A DNA stretch of 64,000 nucleotides from an uncultured Nitrosomonas sp. (GTDB taxonomy: Bacteria > Pseudomonadota > Gammaproteobacteria > Burkholderiales > Nitrosomonadaceae), in contig CAZYHY010000001.1 of NCBI GenBank assembly GCA_964647635.1, forward strand, positions 97,274 through 161,273. The letters run 5' to 3'. The notes under the pieces are model-generated. The model was not told the DNA's origin. It made no database searches and was given only the letters and a program-made list of their open reading frames with translations. The position numbers and the translations under genes are program-made. Every line of letters starts with the position of its first letter. Position 1 is the stretch's first letter. This document shows positions 56,612-64,000 of the stretch, piece by piece.

Positions 56612-58924
56612 TTAGAATTGTTGGCCAAACATAAACTGGAATCTTTGCAAATTATCGCTTGGTTTATCATTTAGTGGTTCCGCAATACTGACTTTCAACG
56701 GCCCCATTGGTGAAATCCAGGTAAGCGCAATCCCAGCGGAGTAACGCACGAGATTATTAAGTTCATTGAAATTGTTAAATACCGTACCACCATCCAAGAA
56801 CGCACTCAAACGCAGCGATCTGTCATCTTTCATAAAGGGCACGGGATACATCAGTTCTATATTACCAACAACACGTTTACTGGCGCCTACTGCAAACAAT
56901 CTTGAATTAAGTCCAGAACTGCTGCTTGGGATAATCGTATTATCACGAGGACCCAGAGAATTTAAGTCATAACCCCGTATGGAGTTATTACCACCGGCAA
57001 AGAAGTTCTTGAAGAAAGGTAATGATTTCCCGGTATAGCCGTCGCCGTAACCAAACTCTCCATTCAGCATCAGTGTCAGGTCCTCGGTAATGGGATAAAA
57101 CCATTTTTGATGGTAACTCACTTTATAGTAATTTAAATCCCCACCCGGTATGCTGACTTCGCCAAACAACCGATGCGTCGTTCCAGAGGTTGTCCAAATT
57201 GCACTATCGCGACGATCACGCGCCCAACTGACTGTGAACGGGAAATTGTTGGTCGACGTGCCAAATTCATCAACGAAATTTTTATAACGTTGCGGACTAT
57301 TCTGAAAAATACCCAATTTTGTATTCTCTGCTGCTAAACCAAACGATACAATATCATTTTCTGCGATGGGTACGCCTAACCGTATTCCAGCGCCTACCGT
57401 TTGAGTTTTAAATTCACCGAACGTCGTTAACGGACGGGTATCCACGTCGCGTTTGTAAACATCGAATCCAAGGCTTATCCCGTTCACTGTAAAATAGGGA
57501 TTGGTGAATGATGCGGCATAAGTTTTATTAATCGCGCCGGTATTGACATCAAGGCTAAAGAAATTACCGGTGCCAAAAATATTGTTTTGAGAAACTGAAC
57601 CGTTCAGAATCAGTCCTTGACGATCCGAGTAACCTGCGCCAAACATAATGGATCCGGTGGGTCTTTCTTCTACCTTGACGTTGATATCGACCTGGTCGGT
57701 TTTGTTGGGTACAGCAGGTGTTTCCACGTTAACGCTGTTAAAGAAGCCCAGTCTATCAATGCGTTGCTTGGACATATTAATATTTTTAGTGGAGTGCCAG
57801 GCACCTTCCATTTGACGAAATTCACGGCGTATGACTTCATCGCGTGTACGGTCATTACCCGATATGTTGATACGCCGCACGTATACGCGTCGCCCCGGAT
57901 CAATAAAGAATGTGAAGGCTGCTTGCCGATTTTCATAATCCAGTTCCGGTGACGCATTGACATTGGCAAATGCATAACCGTCATCGCCTAAACGGTCTGT
58001 GATTAATTTAATGGATTCCGTCAGTTTCTGGCGTGCAAATACTTGTCCAGACTTAAACAATATCAATTTGCGAATTTCTTCTTCCGGTATCAGGAGTTCG
58101 CCAGCCACTTTGACATCAGAGACTTTATACTGAGCGCCCTCAGTAATATTGATGGTGATGTAAATATCACGCATATCGGGTGTTATGGATACTTGCGTGG
58201 ATTCAATATTGAATTCCAGATAGCCGCGATCAAGATAATAGGAGCGTAGTGTTTCTAAATCGGCGCCTAGCTTCTGTTTTGAATATTGGTCATTTTTGGT
58301 AAACCAACTCAATAAATCAGGTTTCCTGAGAACAAGCAGGCCACGTAACTCGCTGTCTTTAAATTGTTCGTTGCCGACAAAATTGATTTTTCTGATGCGG
58401 GCGGTACGGCCTTCATGAATATCAAAGTTAATGCCGATGCGATTACGTTCTAGCGGTGTAGTGGTGGTGGTGATTTTGACGGCATATTTGCCGCGGCTGA
58501 TATATTGACGCTTTAGTTCTTGCTCGGCGCGCTCCAAAAGTGAGCGGCTGAATATTCGGGATTCCGCTATACCCGCCTGTTTCAAGCCTTCAGCAAGCTT
58601 ATCTTTTTCAAATTCTTTTGCGCCGTTGATGCTGATTTGAGCGATAGCTGGCCGTTCATCGACTTCTACGATTAGCACACCGTTTTCAGATTTTAATCTG
58701 ACATCTTTGAAAAAGCCTGTTGCATAGAGTGCTTTGATGGCTTCTGTTGCCTTTGTTTCATCCATCGTATCGCCGACTTTAATCGGGAGATAACTAAAAA
58801 TAGTACCGGCTTCAGTGCGCTGTATGCCTTCAACGCGAATATCTTTAACTACGAAGGACTCACTTGCCCAGCATGAGATTGCAAAGAAGAAGCCAGCCAG
58901 CGCAACAAAATACTTAAATTTCAT
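56612..58924 (-). CDS. bamA: Outer membrane protein assembly factor BamA
   Basis: POTRA repeats (DIRVEG.QR), IRGY lid motif, W.SPMGP, C-terminal FGQQF. Confidence 0.98.
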   Translation of the reverse strand: MKFKYFVALAGFFFAISCWASESFVVKDIRVEGIQRTEAGTIFSYLPIKVGDTMDETKATEAIKALYATGFFKDVRLKSENGVLIVEVDERPAIAQISINGAKEFEKDKLAEGLKQAGIAESRIFSRSLLERAEQELKRQYISRGKYAVKITTTTTPLERNRIGINFDIHEGRTARIRKINFVGNEQFKDSELRGLLVLRKPDLLSWFTKNDQYSKQKLGADLETLRSYYLDRGYLEFNIESTQVSITPDMRDIYITINITEGAQYKVSDVKVAGELLIPEEEIRKLILFKSGQVFARQKLTESIKLITDRLGDDGYAFANVNASPELDYENRQAAFTFFIDPGRRVYVRRINISGNDRTRDEVIRREFRQMEGAWHSTKNINMSKQRIDRLGFFNSVNVETPAVPNKTDQVDINVKVEERPTGSIMFGAGYSDRQGLILNGSVSQNNIFGTGNFFSLDVNTGAINKTYAASFTNPYFTVNGISLGFDVYKRDVDTRPLTTFGEFKTQTVGAGIRLGVPIAENDIVSFGLAAENTKLGIFQNSPQRYKNFVDEFGTSTNNFPFTVSWARDRRDSAIWTTSGTTHRLFGEVSIPGGDLNYYKVSYHQKWFYPITEDLTLMLNGEFGYGDGYTGKSLPFFKNFFAGGNNSIRGYDLNSLGPRDNTIIPSSSSGLNSRLFAVGASKRVVGNIELMYPVPFMKDDRSLRLSAFLDGGTVFNNFNELNNLVRYSAGIALTWISPMGPLKVSIAEPLNDKPSDNLQRFQFMFGQQF

Positions 58925-58927
58925 TAT

Positions 58928-60295
58928 CTAACCAGTGATAAGCCGATTAATATCGTTATATATGGCAAAAACCATCAGTGTAAGTAACATTGCCAGACCG
59001 ATCTTCTGGCCAATCAGCATAATCTTGTCAGAAAGCGGCGCCCCTCTGATCATCTCGATGAGATAATACATTAAGTGTCCACCGTCCAGAATGGGGATGG
59101 GTAGTAGATTCAGTACGCCAATGCTGACGCTGATTAAAGCAAGAAATGCCAGATAAGATACCAATCCCATTTGCGCAGATTGGCCAGCATAGTCAGCAAT
59201 TGAAATGGGGCCGCTGACGTTTTTCCAGGATACATCGCCCATGATCATTTTAGATAGCATTTGTAACGTCAGAATGGTCGTTTCCCATGTTTTCTCAATT
59301 GCTTTCTGAATTGCTTTGCCGGGTGGATAACTGACGGTGATCATTAATTCTTCGAATTCAGCTTGATTGATGACTGGCGCTATGCCGATCTTGCCGATTT
59401 GCTTGCCATTTTCTGTGGCTGCTTCGGGCGTGATGGCCAGCACGATCATTTGATTGTCACGTAAAATTTCCAGCTCCAGGGTGCGCTCTGGATTGGTACG
59501 TATTTCTTGCACCAGCGTCATCCAGGTTTCGATCTCGATATTATTGACGGCTAAAATTTCATCCCCTACGAGTAAGCCGGCATGATAACCAGGGCCATCC
59601 GCGACTACTTGAGCGATAACAGGTCTGATCGTAGGCTGATAACTATTTAATCCGATAAGTCCAAGCAAATTTTCATTCAATTTATCGGGATCAATATGAC
59701 TCAAGTCTAAATGTCGCCAGTTGATCTCACCATTCTTATTGACGGTTTGTACTTTGACGTTTGCCGATTGATCAATCGCGTATCGTAATAAAGTCCAGCG
59801 GGCGTCCTGCCAGCTGGCAACCGCTTCATTTTCGATACTGACAATGGTTTCATTCGCTTCAAATCTTGCATGGGCAGCAGGCGTGGCCGGTTCAACTGGA
59901 CCCAATACTGGCTTCATACCATTAACACCCAGTATAAAAAGTAGCCAATATAGCGCGACAGCTAATAGAAAATTGGCTATGGGACCGGCTGCAACGATGG
60001 CAAAACGACGTGCAACTGGCTGACGATTAAATGCGCGAGGTAAGTCTTCAGGGGCTACTTCCCCTTCATTCTCGTCCAGCATTTTAACGTAGCCGCCCAG
60101 CGGGATAGCTGCAATCACCCACTCTGTTTGATCTTTTCCCCAGCGTTTACGAAAAATGGGCTGACCAAAACCAATACAGAATCGCAATACTTTGACGCCA
60201 TTCCAGCGGGCTATCAGATAGTGGCCAAATTCATGAAATGTAATCAGGACACCTAAAGCAACAATGAAAGAAATGATTGTATAAGCTATTGACAT
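58928..60295 (-). CDS. rseP: RIP metalloprotease RseP
   Basis: HEFGH, two PDZ domains, NLLPIPILDGG; start taken at ATG 60295. Confidence 0.96.
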   Translation of the reverse strand: MSIAYTIISFIVALGVLITFHEFGHYLIARWNGVKVLRFCIGFGQPIFRKRWGKDQTEWVIAAIPLGGYVKMLDENEGEVAPEDLPRAFNRQPVARRFAIVAAGPIANFLLAVALYWLLFILGVNGMKPVLGPVEPATPAAHARFEANETIVSIENEAVASWQDARWTLLRYAIDQSANVKVQTVNKNGEINWRHLDLSHIDPDKLNENLLGLIGLNSYQPTIRPVIAQVVADGPGYHAGLLVGDEILAVNNIEIETWMTLVQEIRTNPERTLELEILRDNQMIVLAITPEAATENGKQIGKIGIAPVINQAEFEELMITVSYPPGKAIQKAIEKTWETTILTLQMLSKMIMGDVSWKNVSGPISIADYAGQSAQMGLVSYLAFLALISVSIGVLNLLPIPILDGGHLMYYLIEMIRGAPLSDKIMLIGQKIGLAMLLTLMVFAIYNDINRLITG

Positions 60296-60409
60296 ATCAA
60301 GTTGTGGTGCCAAATATGCACATGGGGGAAGATGTTAACTGCGTGGCGCTGGTCATTTCAGGGCTTCATTGAGTAAATGCAAGGTAGATACTATCACTAA
60401 TTAAGAAAA

Positions 60410-60438
60410 ATTGAAGCCATCAATCGTCAACAAGTTTC
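60410..60438 (-). promoter_or_regulatory. Possible sigmaE-type promoter upstream of rseP-bamA-skp
   Basis: Minus strand GAAACTT-N17-TCAAT, an imperfect match to GGAACTT-N16-TCAAA, in the 156-bp dxr-rseP gap. Confidence 0.25.
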
Positions 60439-60451
60439 TTCGCGTCACTTG

Positions 60452-61636
60452 TTACAGATTTACAAGCCACTCTTGCGCTTTATCGCGCGCTGATGCGTCT
60501 GTTCTTAGCACATCATCCAGTGTAGACATCTCTTCTCGTTGTGTTGCTTGCATAACATGTGCAATCATGGCTGGGATTGCTGTAAATGCCATGCGCTTTT
60601 TAAGAAAAGACTCCACGGCGACCTCATTGGCGGCATTTAGTACTGCGGGCATGTTTTCACCCGTGGCAAGTGCTTGGTAGGCTAATCCTAGACATGGGAA
60701 TCTATTAAAATCAGGCGCTTCAAAATCGAGATGGGCAACTTTGAACATATCTAAAGCGGACACCCCGCTTTCAATTCTATCGGGATAGCCCATGGCATGC
60801 GCAATCGGGGTACGCATATCAGGGTTACCTAGCTGCGCGATGACCGAGCCATCAACATAGGCAACCATCGAGTGAATCACACTCTGCGGATGAATGACTA
60901 CCTGGATTTTATCCGGCGCTGCATCAAACAGCCAGTGTGCTTCAATAACTTCCAGGCCTTTATTCATCATGGTGGCTGAATCCACTGAAATTTTCTGTCC
61001 CATGTCCCAATTAGGGTGCGCGCAAGCCTGCTCAGGCGTTACTTCCTCTAAGGAAGCCAAAGGAGCGCATCGGAATGGCCCGCCCGAAGCGGTGAGCAGT
61101 ATACGACTGATACCTGCTGCAGCTAGGTTACCAGTAAAGTGATGTGGCAATGATTGATAGATCGCATTATGTTCACTATCGATTGGTAGCAGCGTGGCAT
61201 TGTTTTGCTTGACCAGATCCATGAAAATTCGCCCAGCCATAACCAGCGTTTCTTTATTGGCGAGTAACACCAGTTTTCCTGAGCGAGCTGCTGCAAACGT
61301 CGGACGGATACCTGCAGCCCCGACAATGGCTGCCATGACAGCATCCACTTCTGGCAGAGAGGCTACTTTTTCTAATGATTCGATGCCTGATAAGACTTCG
61401 GTATCGATTCCGGCTGTTTGTATTGCTTGAGTCAATTGTTCGGCACTGTCCGCGTTTAACATTACCGCATAGCGTGGCTGGAAACGTTGGCATTGCGCCA
61501 GCATCTTTTCAGTACTATTGTTGGCAGTCAGTGCAAAAGCCTGGAAACGATCAGGGTGGCGCGCGATGACATCCAGTGTACTTTCTCCAATACTACCGGT
61601 AGATCCGAGTATGGTTATTTGGCGGATAGTTTTCAT
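60452..61636 (-). CDS. dxr: 1-deoxy-D-xylulose 5-phosphate reductoisomerase
   Basis: [35 protein letters not shown]. Confidence 0.98.
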   Translation of the reverse strand: MKTIRQITILGSTGSIGESTLDVIARHPDRFQAFALTANNSTEKMLAQCQRFQPRYAVMLNADSAEQLTQAIQTAGIDTEVLSGIESLEKVASLPEVDAVMAAIVGAAGIRPTFAAARSGKLVLLANKETLVMAGRIFMDLVKQNNATLLPIDSEHNAIYQSLPHHFTGNLAAAGISRILLTASGGPFRCAPLASLEEVTPEQACAHPNWDMGQKISVDSATMMNKGLEVIEAHWLFDAAPDKIQVVIHPQSVIHSMVAYVDGSVIAQLGNPDMRTPIAHAMGYPDRIESGVSALDMFKVAHLDFEAPDFNRFPCLGLAYQALATGENMPAVLNAANEVAVESFLKKRMAFTAIPAMIAHVMQATQREEMSTLDDVLRTDASARDKAQEWLVNL

Positions 61637-62457
61637 AACGAAGGGGAGTAATAAATGAGTAATGCCAATGTAGCAAGTGGCAATGAAGAGGTCAGCGCAT
61701 CAATGCGGTCGAGTATGCCGCCATGGCCTGGCAGAATGTTGCCACTATCCTTAACGCCCGCCTGACGTTTTATCAGTGATTCGTATAAATCTCCGATAAT
61801 GCCTAGGATGGCCATAGCCATCAGTAATGGTATCAATGTTATCGCTGAAGATTCTTCAGTTATCCAGAAATTCCAAGCTAAACCATATATCAATACAGCA
61901 ATTAAAGCGCCTGCGACACCTTCCCAAGTTTTGTTCGGACTAATCGTGTAGGCAAGTTTATGTTTACCTAGCGCTCGTCCGGTGAAGTAAGCTGCTGTGT
62001 CTGAAATCCAGATGGTTGCCATAAAGCCCAGCAAAAGTAATGGACTAATAGCACGTAATTGATAGAGTGCCAGGCAGGTTGGTAACAATACGATCCAGCC
62101 GATCAACATCCAGATCACGGGGTTCTTAATGGTATAAAGTTGTTTTAGATAGAGTGGTGCGCCCACTATCCAAAAAATAGCGGACAAGATATATACCCAT
62201 AGTAGGTCCGATGAATAGATACTGATTTGTACAGATTCACGTAATTGAAACAATAATTCTCCACCTACTATTACCGTGAGTAGCATATAGGCGATGGTAT
62301 TTCGGACCGAGAGTTGCGCTAATTTACTCCATTCGCGTGCACCGATGGCTGTCAGCGCCAGTAAAAAAGTTACCCAGAAAATGTCTTGCAAGTAGAATAT
62401 TGCGGATAGAAATAAAGGCAATATGATGATTGCGGTGAGGATACGAGCTTTAAGCAT
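61633..62457 (-). CDS. cdsA: Phosphatidate cytidylyltransferase
   Basis: SP.KTWEG, GDLYES.IKR..GVKDSG..LPGHGG.LDRID. Confidence 0.97.
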   Translation of the reverse strand: MLKARILTAIIILPLFLSAIFYLQDIFWVTFLLALTAIGAREWSKLAQLSVRNTIAYMLLTVIVGGELLFQLRESVQISIYSSDLLWVYILSAIFWIVGAPLYLKQLYTIKNPVIWMLIGWIVLLPTCLALYQLRAISPLLLLGFMATIWISDTAAYFTGRALGKHKLAYTISPNKTWEGVAGALIAVLIYGLAWNFWITEESSAITLIPLLMAMAILGIIGDLYESLIKRQAGVKDSGNILPGHGGILDRIDALTSSLPLATLALLIYYSPSL

Positions 62458-62471
62458 GTATATTGCTCTTC

Positions 62472-63239
62472 TTATCCTTCGGCAGATAACGCTATTCGAA
62501 GCTGCTCGCTGGTGCGACCGAATCGACGTTCTCGCTGTTGATAAGATTGAATGGCTAACTCAAGTTCATGTTCATTAAAATCAGGCCATAGCGTATTGGT
62601 AAAATATAATTCAGTATAAGCGAGCTGCCATAGTAAAAAATTACTGATACGATACTCTCCGCCGGTGCGTATGAATAAATCCGGTTCGGGTGCATAGCTT
62701 AGGGAAAGATATTGTGCCAGATTTTCTTCCTCGAAGTTGAGCGGTACCTCGGGTGATTGCGTCATCATTTTACGCATAGCCTGCATGATATCCCAGCGCC
62801 CCCCGTAATTGGCAGCGATAGTGAAGGTTAGTCGTGTATTTTGAGCAGTTAACTGCTCGCCATTCTGGATGAACTTTATTATTTTAGGTTCAAACTTTGA
62901 GATATCGCCGATTACTTTAAATCGAATACCATTTTCATGCAGCTTGGTAATTTCTTGCTCCAATGCGCCTGTAAAAAGCTGCATCAAAAAAGAAATTTCT
63001 TCTGCGGGGCGGCGCCAATTTTCGCTGCTGAATGCGAATAAAGTGAGATAGGCAACATTACGCTCTATGCAGGCTTTTATGACACCACGAACGGTTTCAA
63101 CGCCTTGCTGATGTCCAGCCATACGAGGCATGAAGCGATTCCGAGCCCATCGCCCATTACCATCCATGATAATAGCGATATGTTTGGGTATTGAACCTGT
63201 TTCAGGTATCTCTAACGTTGAACTCGGGCCTTGAGGCAT
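62472..63239 (-). CDS. uppS: Undecaprenyl diphosphate synthase
   Basis: [43 protein letters not shown]. Confidence 0.97.
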   Translation of the reverse strand: MPQGPSSTLEIPETGSIPKHIAIIMDGNGRWARNRFMPRMAGHQQGVETVRGVIKACIERNVAYLTLFAFSSENWRRPAEEISFLMQLFTGALEQEITKLHENGIRFKVIGDISKFEPKIIKFIQNGEQLTAQNTRLTFTIAANYGGRWDIMQAMRKMMTQSPEVPLNFEEENLAQYLSLSYAPEPDLFIRTGGEYRISNFLLWQLAYTELYFTNTLWPDFNEHELELAIQSYQQRERRFGRTSEQLRIALSAEG

Positions 63240-63240
63240 A

Positions 63241-63798
63241 TCAAACAGCCATCAATTCGGCTTCCTTGACTTGTAAAACTTTATCGATCTCAGTGATGTA
63301 GCGATCAGTCAGCTTTTGAATATCGTCTTGACCACGGCGCTCATCATCTTCCGATATTTCTTTGGATTTTAGTAATTCTTTCAAGTGTGCATTGGCATCG
63401 CGACGTATATTGCGCATTGCAATACGAACAGCTTCCGCTTCATGTTTTACCACTTTAATAAGATCTCTGCGCCGTTCTTCAGTGAGTGCCGGCATAGGAA
63501 CACGGATGGTTTCGCCAACAGGCATCGGGTTTAAGCCCAAATCGGATTCCCGAATTGCTTTTTCAATGGCACTACCCATTTTTTTTTCCCAAGGAATAAC
63601 GCCGATGGTTCGTGCATCAATCAAATTGATATTGGCCACTTGGTTGATCGGTGTTGGTGAACCATAGTAATCAACAGTAATATGATCAAGAAAGCCAGTA
63701 TGTGCTCGTCCACTTCTGACCTTACTTAAATCTACTTTTAATGCTTCGAGGCTTTTTTGCATTTTTTGTTCAGCAGATTTTTTTACATCGGCAATCAT
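63241..63798 (-). CDS. frr: Ribosome recycling factor
   Basis: [30 protein letters not shown]. Confidence 0.98.
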   Translation of the reverse strand: MIADVKKSAEQKMQKSLEALKVDLSKVRSGRAHTGFLDHITVDYYGSPTPINQVANINLIDARTIGVIPWEKKMGSAIEKAIRESDLGLNPMPVGETIRVPMPALTEERRRDLIKVVKHEAEAVRIAMRNIRRDANAHLKELLKSKEISEDDERRGQDDIQKLTDRYITEIDKVLQVKEAELMAV

Positions 63799-63850
63799 AA
63801 TATTTATCCCTTTTGTATCTTTATTTCAAGAGATTACAATCAAATTCGGA

Positions 63851-64000
<150 letters not shown>

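Overview
Bacterial chromosomal window from a betaproteobacterium. Gene order and protein sequences suggest Nitrosomonas or a close relative; this is inference, no search was run. Most of it is housekeeping: pilTU, coaD/rsmD, ppc, hemCD/hemY, pilCD-coaE-zapD, adk-pfp-hppA, recA-recX-alaS, mutS and the pyrH-frr-uppS-cdsA-dxr-rseP-bamA-skp-fabZ-rnhB cluster. There are two accessory stretches. The first (about 1.4-18.6 kb) holds a MITE-like element, decayed genes, ydbH-ynbE-ydbL, an IS3 remnant and a compact gnd-zwf-tal-tkt-pgm-glgP operon. The second (about 35.7-41.8 kb) is the best candidate for an undescribed system: a four-gene module encoding a FecR-TPR-beta-barrel outer-membrane protein, a membrane-anchored protein with a four-Cys C-terminal peptide, an orphan 250-aa protein and a CRP-type regulator. 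Both predicted target promoters carry a CRP box centred at -41.5 from a good -10 hexamer, and the barrel half plus the peptide gene form a low-GC block that looks exchanged. Other notable points: lpxD, lpxA and lpxB are cleanly absent from their usual positions in the bamA cluster, adk has no ATG/GTG/TTG start (ATC is at the Met1 position), and a 47-codon stub occupies the hemX position. No rRNA, tRNA or CRISPR array was recognised.
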